Counted from the first letter of the stretch, positions 1 to 16,489 are shown. The stretch is DNA of 64,000 nucleotides from Eledone cirrhosa (GCA_964016885.1 OZ024742.1:224254001-224318000), one strand, 5' to 3'. Notes: generated from the sequence alone by a model not told the origin. Translations and numbers: made by a program.

Positions 1-3000
1 CCAGACCACTACACCGCCACCTTAGTTAAAAGACCACCACACACCACCATCTCACCACCAGACCACTACACCGCCACCTTAGTTAATAGACCACCACACA
101 CCACCATCTCACCACCAGACCACTACACCGCCACCTTAGTTAAAAGACCACCACACACCACCATCTCACCACCAACCCACTACACCACCTTACTTAAAAG
201 ACCACCACACACCACCATCTCACCACCAAACCACTACACCACCACCTTAGTTAATAGACCACCACAGACCACCATCTCACCACCAAACCACTACACCACC
301 ACCTTACTTAAAAGACCACCACACACCACCATCTCACCACCAGACCACTACACCGCCACCTTAGTTAAAAGACCACCACACACCACCATCTCACCACCAA
401 ACCACTACACCACCACCCTAGTTAAAAGCCCACCACACACCACCATCTCACCACCAAACCACTACACCACCACCTTAGTTAAAAGACCACCACACACCAC
501 CATCTCACCACCAACCCACTACACCACCTTACTTAAAAGACCACCACACACCACCATCTCACCACCAAACCACTACACCGCCACCTTAGTTAAAAGACCA
601 CCACACACCACCATCTCACCACCAGACCACTACACCGCCACCTTAGTTAAAAGACCACCACACACCAACATCTCACCACCAGACCACTACACCGCCACCT
701 TAGTTAAAAGACCACCACACACCACCATCTCACCACCAAACCACTAAACCGCCACCTTAGTTAAAAGACCACCACACACCACCATCTCACCACCAGACCA
801 CTACACCGCCACCTTAGTTAAAAGACCACCACACACCACCATCTCACCACCAGACCACTACACCGCCACCTTAGTTAAAAGACCACCACACACCAACATC
901 TCACCACCAAACCACTACACCGCCACCTTAGTTAAAAGACCACCACACACCACCATCTCACCACCAAACCACTACACCGCCACCTTAGTTAAAAGACCAC
1001 CACACACCACCATCTCACCACCAGACCACTACACCGCCACCTTAGTTAAAAGACCACCACACACCACCATCTCACCACCAGACCACTACACCGTCACCCT
1101 AGTTAAAAGACCACCACACACCACCATCTCACCACCAGACCACTACACCGCCACCTTAGCTAAAAGACCACCACACACCACCATCTCACCACCAGACCAC
1201 TACACCGCCACCTTAGTTAAAAGACCACCACACACCACCATCTCACCACCAGACCACTACACCGCCACCTTAGTTAAAAGACCACCACACACCACCATCT
1301 CACCACCAGACCACTACACCGCCACCCTAGTTAAAAGACCACCACACACCACCATCTCACCACCAGACCACTACACCGCCACCTTAGTTAATAGACCACC
1401 ACACACCACCATCTCACCACCAGACCACTACACCGCCACCTTAGTTAAAAGACCACCACACACCACCATCTCACCACCAGACCACTACACCGCCACCTTA
1501 GTTAATAGACCACCACACACCACCATCTCACCACCAGACCACTACACCGCCACCTTAGTTAAAAGACCACCACACACCACCATCTCACCACCAACCCACT
1601 ACACCACCTTACTTAAAAGACCACCACACACCACCATCTCACCACCAAACCACTACACCACCACCTTAGTTAATAGACCACCACAGACCACCATCTCACC
1701 ACCAAACCACTACACCACCACCTTACTTAAAAGACCACCACACACCACCATCTCACCACCAGACCACTACACCGCCACCTTAGTTAAAAGACCACCACAC
1801 ACCACCATCTCACCACCAAACCACTACACCACCACCCTAGTTAAAAGCCCACCACACACCACCATCTCACCACCAAACCACTACACCGCCACCTTAGTTA
1901 AAAGACCACCACACACCACCATCTCACCACCAGACCACTACACCGCCACCTTAGTTAAAAGACCACCACACACCACCATCTCACCACCAGACCACTACAC
2001 CGTCACCCTAGTTAAAAGACCACCACACACCACCATCTCACCACCAGACCACTACACCGCCACCTTAGCTAAAAGACCACCACACACCACCATCTCACCA
2101 CCAGACCACTACACCGCCACCTTAGTTAAAAGACCACCACACACCACCATCTCACCACCAGACCACTACACCGCCACCTTAGTTAAAAGACCACCACACA
2201 CCACCATCTCACCACCAGACCACTACACCGCCACCCTAGTTAAAAGACCACCACACACCACCATCTCACCACCAGACCACTACACCGCCACCTTAGTTAA
2301 TAGACCACCACACACCACCATCTCACCACCAGACCACTACACCGCCACCTTAGTTAAAAGACCACCACACACCACCATCTCACCACCAGACCACTACACC
2401 GCCACCTTAGTTAATAGACCACCACACACCACCATCTCACCACCAGACCACTACACCGCCACCTTAGTTAAAAGACCACCACACACCACCATCTCACCAC
2501 CAACCCACTACACCACCTTACTTAAAAGACCACCACACACCACCATCTCACCACCAAACCACTACACCACCACCTTAGTTAATAGACCACCACAGACCAC
2601 CATCTCACCACCAAACCACTACACCACCACCTTACTTAAAAGACCACCACACACCACCATCTCACCACCAGACCACTACACCGCCACCTTAGTTAAAAGA
2701 CCACCACACACCACCATCTCACCACCAAACCACTACACCACCACCCTAGTTAAAAGCCCACCACACACCACCATCTCACCACCAAACCACTACACCACCA
2801 CCTTAGTTAAAAGACCACCACACACCACCATCTCACCACCAACCCACTACACCACCTTACTTAAAAGACCACCACACACCACCATCTCACCACCAAACCA
2901 CTACACCGCCACCTTAGTTAAAAGACCACCACACACCACCATCTCACCACCAGACCACTACACCGCCACCTTAGTTAAAAGACCACCACACACCAACATC

Positions 3001-6000
3001 TCACCACCAGACCACTACACCGCCACCTTAGTTAAAAGACCACCACACACCACCATCTCACCACCAAACCACTAAACCGCCACCTTAGTTAAAAGACCAC
3101 CACACACCACCATCTCACCACCAGACCACTACACCGCCACCTTAGTTAAAAGACCACCACACACCACCATCTCACCACCAGACCACTACACCGCCACCTT
3201 AGTTAAAAGACCACTACACACCACCATCTCACCACCAAACCACTAAACCGCCACCTTAGTTAAAAGACCACCACACACCACCATCTCACCACCAGACCAC
3301 TACACCGCCACCTTAGTTAAAAGACCACCACACACCACCATCTCACCACCAGACCACTACACCGCCACCTTAGTTAAAAGACCACCACACACCAACATCT
3401 CACCACCAAACCACTACACCGCCACCTTAGTTAAAAGACCACCACACACCACCATCTCACCACCAAACCACTACACCGCCACCTTAGTTAAAAGACCACC
3501 ACACACCACCATCTCACCACCAGACCACTACACCGCCACCTTAGTTAAAAGACCACCACACACCACCATCTCACCACCAGACCACTACACCGTCACCCTA
3601 GTTAAAAGACCACCACACACCACCATCTCACCACCAGACCACTACACCGCCACCTTAGCTAAAAGACCACCACACACCACCAGACCACTACACCGCCACC
3701 TTAGTTAAAAGACCACCACACACCACCATCTCACCACCAGACCACTACACCGCCACCCTAGTTAAAAGACCACCACACACCACCATCTCACCACCAGACC
3801 ACTACACCGCCACCTTAGCTAAAAGACCACCACACACCACCATCTCACCACCAGACCACTACACCGCCACCTTAGCTAAAAGACCACCACACACCACCAT
3901 CTCACCACCAAACCACTACACCGCCACCTTAGTTAAAAGACCACCACACACCACCATCTCACCACCAGACCACTACACCGCCACCTTAGTTAAAAGACCA
4001 CCACACACCACCATCTCACCACCAGACCACTACACCGCCACCCTAGTTAAAAGACCACCACACACCAGCATCTCACCACCAAACCACTACACCGCCACCT
4101 TAGTTAAAAGACCACCACACACCACCATCTCACCACCAAACCACTACACCGCCACCTTAGTTAAAAGACCACCACACACCACCATCTCACTACCAAACCA
4201 CTACACCGCCACCTTAGTTAAAAGACCACCACACACCACCATCTCACCACCAGACCACTACACCGCCACCTTAGCTAAAAGACCACCACACACCACCATC
4301 TCACCACCAGACCACTACACCGCCACCTTAGTTAAAAGACCACCAACACACCACCATCTCACCACCAAACCACTACACCGCCACCTTAGTTAAAAGACCA
4401 CCACACACCACCATCTCACCACCAAACCACTACACCGCCACCTTAGTTAAAAGACCACCACACACCACCATCTCACCACCAGACCACTACACCGCCACCT
4501 TAGTTAAAAGACCACCACACACTACCATCTCACCACCAAACCACTACACCGCCACCTTAGTTAAAAGACCACCACACACCACCATCTCACCACCAAACCA
4601 CTACACCGCCACCTTAGTTAAAAGACCACCACACACCAGCATCTCACCACCAAACCACTACACCGCCACCTTAGTTAAAAGACCATCACACACCACCATC
4701 TCACCACCAAACCACTACACCGCCACCTTAGTTAAAAGACCACCACACACCACCATCTCACCACCAGACCACTACACCGCCACCTTAGCTAAAAGACCAC
4801 CACACACCACCATCTCACCACCAGACCACTACACCGCCACCTTAGTTAAAAGACCACCACACACCACCATCTCACCACCAAACCACTACACCGCCACCTT
4901 AGCTAAAAGACCACCACACACACCATCTCACCACCAAACCACTACACCGCCACCTTAGTTAAAAGACCACCACACACCACCCTCTCACCACCAAACCACT
5001 ACACCACCTTAGTTAAAAGACCGCCACACACCACCATCTCACCACCAAACCACTACACCGCCACCTTAGTTAAAAGACCACAACACACCACCATCTCACC
5101 ACCAAACCACTACACCACCACCCTAGTTAAAAGACCACCACACACCACCATCTCACCACCAAATCACTACACCGCCACCTTAGTTAAAAGAACACCACAC
5201 ACCACCATCTCACCACCAAACTACTACACCGCCACCTTAGTTAAAAGACCATCACACACCACCATCTCACCACCTAACCACTACACCACCACCTTAGTTA
5301 AAAGACCATCACACACCACCATCTCACCACCAAACCACTACACCATCACCTTAGTTAAAAGACTACCACACACCACCATCTCACCACCAGACCACTACAC
5401 AGCCATCTTAGCTAAAAGACCACCGCACACCACCATCTCACAACTAAACCACTACACCGCCACCCTAGTTAAAAGACCACCACACACCACCATCTCACCA
5501 CCAAACCACTACACCACCACCTTACTTAAAAGACCACCACACACCACCATCTCACCACCAAACCACTACACCACCACCTTAGTTAAAAGACCACCACACA
5601 CCACCATCTCAACACCAAACCACTACACCACCACCCTAGTTGAAAGACCACCACACACCACCATCTCACCACCAGACCACTACACCACCACCCTAGTTAA
5701 AAGACCACCACACACCACCATCTCACCACCAAATCACTACACCGCCACCTTAGTTAAAAGAACACCACACACCACCATCTCACCACCAAACTACTACACC
5801 GCCACCTTAGTTAAAAGACCATCACACACCACCATCTCACCACCTAACCACTACACCACCACCTTAGTTAAAAGACCATCACACACCACCATCTCACCAC
5901 CAAACCACTACACCATCACCTTAGTTAAAAGACTACCACACACCACCATCTCACCACCAGACCACTACACCGCCATCTTAGCTAAAAGACCACCGCACAC

Positions 6001-6234
6001 CACCATCTCACAACTAAACCACTACACCACCACCTTAGCTAAAAGACCACCACACGCCACCATCTCACCACCAAACCACTACACCACCGCCTTAGTTAAA
6101 AGACCACCACACACCACCATCTCACCACCAGACCACTACACCGCCACCTTAGTTAAAAGACCACCACACACCACCATCTAACCACTAAACCACTACATCA
6201 CGACCTTAGCTAAAAGACCACCACACACCACCAT

Positions 6235-6450
6235 CTCACTACCATACTAGACCACAACCACATCCCCTAACCATCTCACCACAAAACCACTACAACACCA
6301 CCACAACACCACCACAACACACCACCGCACTACTGCTCCATCAATCCTTCACACCAACACCAGCACAACACACCACCGCACCACTGCTCCATCAATCCTG
6401 CACACCAACACCACCACAACACCACCACAACACACCACCACACCACTAGA
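6235..6450. repeat. Junction segment plus short block of the second satellite (CACTGCTCCATCAATCCT(T/G)CACACCAACACC...)
   Basis: Junction ACCACAACCACATCCCCTAACCATCTCACCACAAAACCACTACAAC followed by two units. Confidence 0.9.
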
Positions 6451-8002
6451 CCATCACCTTAGTTAAAAGACCACCACACCCCACCGTCTCACCACCAAAC
6501 CACTACACCACCACCTTAGCTGAAAGACCACCACACACCACAATCTCACCACCAAACCACTACACCACCTTAGTTAAAAGACCGCCACACACCACCATCT
6601 CACCACCAAACCACTACACCGCCACCCTAGTTAAAAGACCACCACACACCACCATCTCACCACCAAACCACTACACCGTCACCTTAGTTAAAAGACCACC
6701 ACACACCACCCTCTCACCACCAAACCACTACACCGCCACCTTATTTAAAAGACCACCACACACCACCATCTCACCACCAAACCACTACACCGCCACCTTA
6801 GTTAAAAGACCACCACACACCACCATCTCACCACCAAACCACTACACCACCACCCTAGTTAAAAGACCACCACACACCACCAAATCACTACACCGCCACC
6901 TTAGTTAAAAGAACACCACACACCACCATCTCACCACCAAACCACTACACCACCACCTTAGTTAAAAGACCACCACGCACCACCATCTCACCACCAGACC
7001 ACTACACTGCCACCGTAGTTAAATGACCACCACACACCACCATCTCACCACCAAACCACTACACCGCCACCTTAGTTAAAAGACCACCACACACCACCAT
7101 CTCACCACCAGACCACAACACCGCCACCTTAGTTAAAAGACCACCACACACCACCATCTCACCACCAAAGCACTACACCACCACCCTAGTTAAAAGACCA
7201 CCATCTCACCACCAAAGCACTACACCACCACCCTAGTTAAAAGACCACCACACACCACCATCTCACCACCAAACCACTACACCGCCACCTTAGTTAAAAG
7301 ACCACCACACACCACCATCTCACCACCAGACCACTACACCGCCACCTTAGTTAAAAGACCACCACACACCACCATCTCACCACCAGACCACAACACCGCC
7401 ACCTTAGTTAAAAGACCACCACACACCACCATCTCACCACCAAAGCACTACACCACCACCCTAGTTAAAAGACCACCACACACCACCATCTCACCACCAG
7501 ACCACTACACCACCACCTTAGTTAAAAGACCACCACACACCACCATCTCACCACCAAACCACGACACCGCCACCCTAGTTAAAAGACCACCACACACCAC
7601 CATCTCACCACCAGATCACTACACCACCACCTTAGTTAAAAGACCACCACACACCACCATCTCACCACCAAACCACTACACCGCCACCTTAGTTATAAGA
7701 CCACCACACACCACCATCTAACCACCAAACCACTACACCACCACCCTAGTTGAAAGACCACCACACACCACCATCTCACCACCAAACCACTACACCACCA
7801 CCCTAGTTAAAAGACCACCACACACCACCATCTCACCACCAAATCACTACACCGCCACCTTAGTTAAAAGAACACCACACACCACCATCTCACCACCAAA
7901 CCACTACACCGCCACCTTAGTTAAAAGACCATCACACACCACCTTCTCACCACCTAACCACTACACCACCACCTTAGTTAAAAGACCATCACACACCACC
8001 AT

Positions 8003-9255
8003 CTCACTACCATACTATACCACAACCACATCCCCTAACCATCTCACCACAAAACCACTACAACGCCACCACAACACCACCACAACACACCACCGCACTA
8101 CTGCTCCATCAATCCTTCACACCAACACCAGCACAACACACCACCGCACCACTGCTCCATCAATCCTGCACACCAACACCACTACAACACCACCACAACA
8201 CACCACCACACCACTGCTCCATCAATCCTTCACACCAACACCACCACAACACCAACACAACACACCACCACACCACTTCTCCATCAATCCTTCACACCAA
8301 CACCACCACAACACACCACCGCACTACTGCTCCATCAATCCTTCACACCAACACCAGCACAACACACCACCGCACCACTGCTCCATCAATCCTGCACACC
8401 AACACCACCACAACACCACCACAACACACCACCACACCACTGCTCCATCAATCCTTCACACCAACACCACCACAACACCAACACAACACACCACCACACC
8501 ACTGCTCCATCAATCCTTCACACCAACACCAGCACAACACACCACCGCACCACTGCTCCATCAATCCTGCACACCAACACCACCACAACACCACCACAAC
8601 ACACCACCACACCACTGCTCCATCAATCCTTCACACCAACACCAGCACAACACACCACCGCACCACTGCTCCATCAATCCTGCACACCAACACCACTACA
8701 ACACCACCACAACACACCACCACACCACTGCTCCATCAATCCTTCACACCAACACCAGCACATAACACCACCGCACCACTGCTCCATCAATCCTGCGCAC
8801 CAACACCACCACAACACCACCACAACACACCACCACACCACTGCTCCATCAATCCTTCACACCACCAACACCAGCACAACACACCACCGCACCACTGCTC
8901 CATCAATCCTGCACACCAACACCACCACAACACCACCACAACACACCACCACAACACCACCACAACACACCACCACACCACTGCTCCATCAATCCTTCAC
9001 ACCAACACCAGCACAACACACCACCGCACCACTGCTCCATCAATCCTGCACACCAACACCACTACAACACCACCACAACACACCACCGCACCACTGCTCC
9101 ATCAATCCTGCACACCAACACCACCACAACACCAACACAACACACCACCACACCACTGCTCCATCAATCCTTCACACCAACACCACCACAACACAAAACC
9201 GCACCAATGCTCCATCAATCCTGCACACCAACACCACCACAACACACCACCACAC
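8003..9255. repeat. Second satellite block, ~51/62-bp units
   Basis: Repeated CCACTGCTCCATCAATCCT(T/G)CACACCAACACC with variable ACCACAAC copies; opens with the same junction as 6235 and 12540. Confidence 0.95.
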
Positions 9256-12200
9256 CACTACACCATCACCTTAGCTAAAAGACCACCACACCCCACCGTC
9301 TCACCACCAAACCACTACACCATCACCTTAGTTAAAAGACCACCACACCCCACCGTCTCACCACCACACCACTACACCACCACCCTAGTTAAAAGACCAC
9401 CACACACCACCAAATCACTACACCGCCACTTTAGTTAAAAGACCACCACACACCACCACAACACACCAGCACACCACTACACCGCCACCTTAGCTAAAAG
9501 ACCACCACACACCACCATCTCACCACCAGACCACTACACCGCCACCTTACTTAAAAGACCACCACACACCGCCATCTCACCACCAAACCACTACACCGCC
9601 ACCCTAGTTAAAAGAACACCACACACCACCATCTCACCACCAAACCACTACACCGCCACCTTAGTTAAAAGACCACCACACACCACCATCTCACCACCAG
9701 ACCACTACACCACCACCTTAGTTAAAAGACCACCACACACCACCATCTCACCACCAGACCACTACACCGCCACCTTAGCTAAAAGACCACCACACACCAC
9801 CATCTCACCACCAGACCACTACACCGCCACCTTAGCTAAAAGACCACCACACACCACCATCTCACCACCAGACCACTACACCGCCACCTTAGCTAAAAGA
9901 CCACCACACACCACCATCTCACCACCAGACCACTACACCGCCACCTTACTTAAAAGACCACCACACACCGCCATCTCACCACCAAACCACTACACCGCCA
10001 CCCTAGTTAAAAGAACACCACACACCACCATCTCACCACCAAACCACTACACCGCCACCCTAGTTAAAAGAACACCACACACCACCATCTCACCACCAAA
10101 CCACTACACCGCCACCTTAGTTAAAAGACCACCACACACCACCATCTCACCACCAGACCACTACACCACCACCTTAGTTAAAAGACCACCACACACCACC
10201 ATCTCACCACCAGACCACTACACCACCACCTTAGTTAAAAGACCACCACACACCACCATCTCACCACCAGACCACAACACCGCCACCTTAGTTAAAAGAC
10301 CACCGCACACCACCATCTCACCACCAAACCACTACACCGCCACCTTAGTTAAAAGACCACCACACACCACCATCTCACCACCAGACCACTACACCGCCAC
10401 CTTAGTTAAAAGACCACCACACACCACCATCTCACCACCAAACCACTACACCGCCACCTTAGTTAAAAGACCACCACACACCACCATCTCACCACCAGAC
10501 CACTACACCGCCACCTTAGTTAAAAGACCACCACACACCACCATCTCACCACCAAACCACTACACCGCCACCTTAGTTAAAAGACCACCACACACCACCA
10601 TCTCACCACCAGACCACTACACCGCCACCTTAGTTAAAAGACCACCACACACCACCATCTCACCACCAGACCACTACACCACCACCCTAGTTAAAAGACC
10701 ACCACACACCACCATCTCACCACCAGACCACTACACCACCACCCTAGTTAAAAGACCACCACACACCACCATCTCACCACCAGACCACTACACCGCCACC
10801 TTAGTTAAAAGACCACCACACACCACCATCTCACCACCAAACCACTACACCGCCACCTTAGTTAAAAGACCACCACACACCACCATCTCACCACCAAACC
10901 ACTACACCGCCACCTTAGTTAAAAGACCACCACACACCACCATCTCACCACCAAACCACTACACCGCCACCTTAGTTAAAAGACCACCACACACCACCAT
11001 CTCACCACCAGACCACTACACCGCCACCTTAGTTAAAAGACCACCACACACCACCATCTCACCACCAAACCACTACACCACCACCTTAGTTAAAAGACCA
11101 CCACACACCACCTTCTCACCACCAGACCACAACACCGCCACCTTAGTTAAAAGACCACCACACACCACCATCTCACCACCAGACCACTACACCGCCACCC
11201 TAGTTAAAAGACCACCACACACCACCATCTCACCACCAAAGCACTACACCACCACCCTAGTTAAAAGACCACCACACACCACCATCTCACCACCAAACCA
11301 CTACACCGCCACCTTAGTTAAAAGACCACCACACACCACCATCTCACCACCAAACCACTACACCACCACCCTAGTTAAAAGACCACCACACACCACCATC
11401 TCACCACCAGACCACTACACCACCACCTTAGTTAAAAGACCACCACACACCACCATGTCACCACCAGACCACTACACCGCCACCTTAGTTATAAGACCAC
11501 CACACACCACCATCTCACCACCAGACCACTACACCACCACCCTAGTTAAAAGACCACCACACACCACCATCTCACCACCAAACCACTACACCGCCACCTT
11601 AGTTATAAGACCACCACACACCACCATCTCACCACCAAACCACTACACCGCCACCTTAGTTATAAGACCACCACACACCACTATCTCACCACCAAACCAC
11701 TACACCGCCACCTTAGTTAAAAGACCACCGCACACCACCATCTCACCACCAGACCACTACACCGCCACCTTAGTTAAAAGACCACCACACACCACCATCT
11801 CACCACCAAACAACTACACCGCCACCTTACTTAAAAGACCACCACACACCGCCATCTCACCACCAAACCACTACACCGCCACCCTAGTTAAAAGACCACC
11901 ACACACCACCATCTCACCACCAGACCACTACACCGCCACCCTAGTTAAAAGACCACCACACACCACCATCTCACCACCAAACCACTACACCACCACCTTA
12001 CTTAAAAGACCACCACACACCACCATCTCACCACCAGACCACTACACCGCCACCCTAGTTAAAAGACCACCACACACCACCATCTCACCACCAAACCACT
12101 ACACCACCACCTTACTTAAAAGACCATCACACACCACCATCTCACCACCAGACCACTACACCGCCACCCTTGTTAAAAGACCACCACACACCACCATCTC

Positions 12201-12540
12201 ACCACCAAACTACTACACCACCGCCTTAGTTAAAAGACCACCACACACCACCATCTCACCACCAGACCACTACACCGCCACCTTAGTTAAAAGACCACCA
12301 CACACCACCATCTAACCACTAAACCACTACATCACCACCTTAGCTAAAAGACCACCACACACCACCATCTCACCACCAGACCACTACACCGCCACCCTTG
12401 TTAAAAGACCACCACACACCACCATCTCACCACCAAACTACTACACCACCGCCTTAGTTAAAAGACCACCACACACCACCATCTAACCACTAAACCACTA
12501 CATCACCACCTTAGCTAAAAGACCACCACACACCACCATC

Positions 12541-13500
12541 TCACTACCATACTATACCACAACCACATCCCCTAACCATCTCACCACAAAACCACTACAA
12601 CACCACCACAACACCACCACAACACACCACCGCACTACTGCTCCATCAATCCTGCACACCAACACCACTACAACACCACCACAACACCACCCCATCAATC
12701 CTTCCCACCAACACCACCACAACACCACCAGAACACACCACCGCACCACTGCTCCATCAATCCTTCACACCAACACCACCGCAACACACCACCACACCAC
12801 TGCTCCATCAATCCTGCACACCAACACCACCACAACACCACCACAACACACCACCACACCACTGCTCCATCTATCCTTCACACCAACACCACCACAACAC
12901 CACCACAACACACCACCACACCACTGCTCCATCAATCCTTCACACCAACACCACCACAACACCACCACAACACACCACCACACCACTGCTCCACCAATCC
13001 TTCACACCAACACCACCACAACACCACCGCAACACACCACCACACCACTGCTCCACCAATCCTTCACACCAACACCACCACAACACCACCACAACACACC
13101 ACCACACCACTGCTCCACCAATCCTTCACACCAACACCACCACAACACCACCACAACACACCACCACACCACTGCTCCACCAATCCTTCACACCAACACC
13201 ACCACAACACCACCACAACACACCACCACACCACCGCTCCATTAATCCTTCACACCAACACCACCACAACACACCACCACACCACTGCTCCACCAATCCT
13301 TCACACCAACACCACCACAACACCACCACAACACACCACCACACCACTGCTCCACCAATCCTTCACACCAACACCACCACAACACCACCACAACACACCA
13401 CCACACCACCGCTCCATTAATCCTTCACACCAACACCACCACAACACCACCACAACACACCACCACACCACTGCTCCATCAATCCTTCACACCAACACCA
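12541..13500. repeat. Third block of the 51/62-bp satellite
   Basis: Same junction and same unit, with a CTCCACCAAT variant spreading in the distal part. Confidence 0.95.
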
Positions 13501-13804
13501 CCACAACACCACCACAACCAGCACCACCAGCACCAACACCACAAGCAACACCACCAGCACCACCACCACCATCACCAGCACCACCACCAACACCACGACG
13601 ACCACCACCACCACCACCACCAGCACCACCAGCACCAACACCACAAGCAACACCACCAGCACCACCACCACCATCACCAGCACCACCACCAACACCACGA
13701 CGACCACCACCACCACCAGCACCACCACCACCATCACCAGCACCACCACCAACACCACGACGACCACCACCACCACCAGCACCACCACTACCATCACCAG
13801 CACC

Positions 13805-13835
<31 letters not shown>

Positions 13836-13865
13836 CCACCACCACCACCACCACCACCACCACCA
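13501..13865. repeat. (CAC/CAG)n-derived tandem units ending in a pure (ACC)n tract; right boundary of the satellite
   Basis: Direct reading; explains the poly-Gly/Val/Trp ORFs. Confidence 0.9.
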
Positions 13866-13939
13866 TAAGTTTGTCTGTGACAAACAACGTGTGGACCTTT
13901 CACTTATTAAACGGTTCAGCGGATATTGAATCTCACCGT

Positions 13940-13948
13940 TATACACAC

Positions 13949-14028
<80 letters not shown>

Positions 14029-14038
14029 GTGTGTGTGT

Positions 14039-14074
<36 letters not shown>

Positions 14075-14285
14075 GCATATATATATATGTGTGTGTGTGT
14101 GTTTATATATATATATACATATACACACATATACACAAACACACACACACGCACACACATATATATATATATATACACACACATATACACAGACACGCAA
14201 ACAGATACACACACGCACATATAAATATATATATATATGTGTATGTATGTATATATCACACACACACACACACAAACATATATAC

Positions 14286-14331
<46 letters not shown>

Positions 14332-14482
14332 GAATGAGAAAAAGAAAGACAAAGGTATAGAGAGAGAACGAGAGTGGGAGGTAAATATGGGAGAGGGGGG
14401 GGTAGGTGGCGAAGAAAGAAAAGAAAGGTGTAAGGTGGAGGTATTTCATGTCAATATATTATATATAGAGGATGGGGAGAGA

Positions 14483-14528
<46 letters not shown>

Positions 14529-14845
14529 TTAGGGTGGGGGGGGGGGTGAAGGACGGAACGTTTGCGCGGTGGATAGGGGAGGTAAGAGGTGAAATACGGA
14601 GACGACGACGAAGTGTTATTGTGATGAAATGATGTAGAAGAAGGAGGAAGAGGAGAAGGGGGAGAAGTGTTAAGATGAAGTAAGGTAGAAGAAGGAGGGT
14701 GAGGGAAAGTTGAGGTTGAAGGATGGAGGCGAGGAGGGGGAGACTGAAGTAGGCGGAGAGGATGGTCGTGTTGACAAAAACCTGTTGACGTTATATTGAT
14801 ATCCAGATATGCATATATACTTATATATGTATATATATATATCTA

Positions 14846-14883
<38 letters not shown>

Positions 14884-15120
14884 TATGTTTACATATATTC
14901 ACGCATGCATACACACATATATATATATATATTAATGTATACACACAGACACACACATAATATATATAATATATATATATATATATATGTGTATATACAT
15001 ATACACAATCACATTTAAAGAAGTAAACAAACCAGGAAATCACTGGAACACACACACACTCACACACACATGCATACATACACGAACACACCACTCAACA
15101 CTCCCTCGTATAGACACACG

Positions 15121-15153
<33 letters not shown>

Positions 15154-15154
15154 C

Positions 15155-15231
<77 letters not shown>

Positions 15232-15235
15232 ATAG
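13940..15235. repeat. (TA)n/(CA)n/(TG)n/(GA)n microsatellite cluster with purine-rich spacer
   Basis: Direct reading. Confidence 0.9.
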
Positions 15236-15611
15236 GCACACAAACAAAAAAAGTCGCCTTATTGGTCTTCATTTTCAACACTTATCAATACTAAAGATCT
15301 TATCCACATCTATTGATGACACACCGCCATTTTTATAATATATAACTTTTTTTTTTCATATTTCTCTCTATTTTATTATGTCTTCTTTTAACCGTTTGTT
15401 TGAATATTTGTCTTGTATTTTATCTATTTTATCTATTTTATCTGTTTTATCTGTTTTATCTGTTTTATCTGTTATTTTGTTATTCATTTCCTCCAGAAGT
15501 GGAATTTTCTAGAAGAAAAGGTGGAAATATAAGGAGGAAGAAAAATATTAAAAAAAAAACCTGATTGAAAATAGCAGCCATTTTAAGTGCGCTTCAGAAT
15601 GGGTCGGCGTA

Positions 15612-16182
15612 TTGTCATCATGTTCATCATGATCTTCATGATGATGTTGATGATGATCACCACCACCACCACCACCACCACCACCATCATCATCATCATG
15701 ATCATGATCATGATCAAGATGATGATGATAATGTTGATGATGATCGCCACCACCACTACCTCCACCACAACCATGATGATGATGATGGTGATCATGACGA
15801 TGACGACGACTACGTCGGTGATGGTCATGATGATGGTGATGGTGATGATGACCATCATCGTGACGAAGACGGCGGCGACGATGACGACGATGATGATGAT
15901 GATGATCACCACCACCACCACCACCACCACCATCATCATCGTCGTCATCGTCACCGCCGTCTTCGTCACGATGATGGTCATCATCACCATCACCATCATC
16001 ATCACCATCACCAACGTAGTCGTCGTCATCGCCATCACCATCATCATCATCATCACCAACGTTGTCGTCGTCATCGTCATGATCATCATCATCATCACCA
16101 CCATCATCGTCACCAACGTTGTCGTCGTCTTTGTCAACATCATCACCAACATCATCATTGTCATCATCATTACCATTATTAT
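15612..16182. repeat. Mosaic (CAT)n/(GAT)n/(CAC)n trinucleotide array
   Basis: Alternating-polarity trinucleotide blocks; gives His/Asp-rich pseudo-ORFs. Confidence 0.9.
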
Positions 16183-16185
16183 CTT

Positions 16186-16374
16186 TGGATTGGCAGTATC
16201 GGTAGAGGGTCGGACGCCATGCTTTGCAGCATAGAGTTACGGCCCTTTATGATTTGAGCTCAAATCTCGCCGAGGTTAACTTTGCCTTTCATCCTTACGG
16301 GGTCGATAAAATAAAGTACCAGTAATACACTGGGTAATTGCTGGCCTTGTGCCAAAAGAAGAAACAATTATTAT
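16186..16374 (+). mobile_element. tRNA-derived SINE family 1 (Nin/Deu-like central domain), near full length
   Basis: A-box-like TGGCAGTATCGG, B-box-like GAGCTCAAATC, core GCCTTTCATCCTTACGGGGTCGATAAAATAAAGTACCAG, (ATT)n tail; many copies in the window. Confidence 0.85.
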
Positions 16375-16489
16375 CTTTAGTTATGTTCGAGGTATTCTGA
16401 GTCCATCTCGGATGGGAGATCGTTTATAAGGAAGAGAGGGTGGAAAGACGAAACTGTAGATATAAGAGGGGGGGGGGCGGAGAGAAAGG

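Larger units (their letters stand above)
1..12540. repeat. 57-bp C/A-rich tandem satellite (CCAGACCACTACACCGCCACCTTAGTTAAAAGACCACCACACACCACCATCTCACCA), interrupted at ~6235-6450 and ~8003-9255; runs off the left edge
   Basis: Unit read directly, period 57 with 54-bp and other deletion variants. One + frame reads PDHYTATLVKRPPHTTISP; the other five frames hit stops in the consensus unit. Confidence 0.97.

Noticed and set aside
1-13865. Telomeric repeat
   Set aside because: Strongly C/A-skewed but no (CCCTAA)n array; CCCTAA appears only singly in the junctions.
13487-13903. Gly-rich 138-aa ORF
   Set aside because: GTG start and derived from (GGT)n repeats; alternative frames are equally open.
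15565-16257. His/Asp-rich 230-aa ORF
   Set aside because: TTG start, trinucleotide mosaic open in several frames, and it runs into a SINE.
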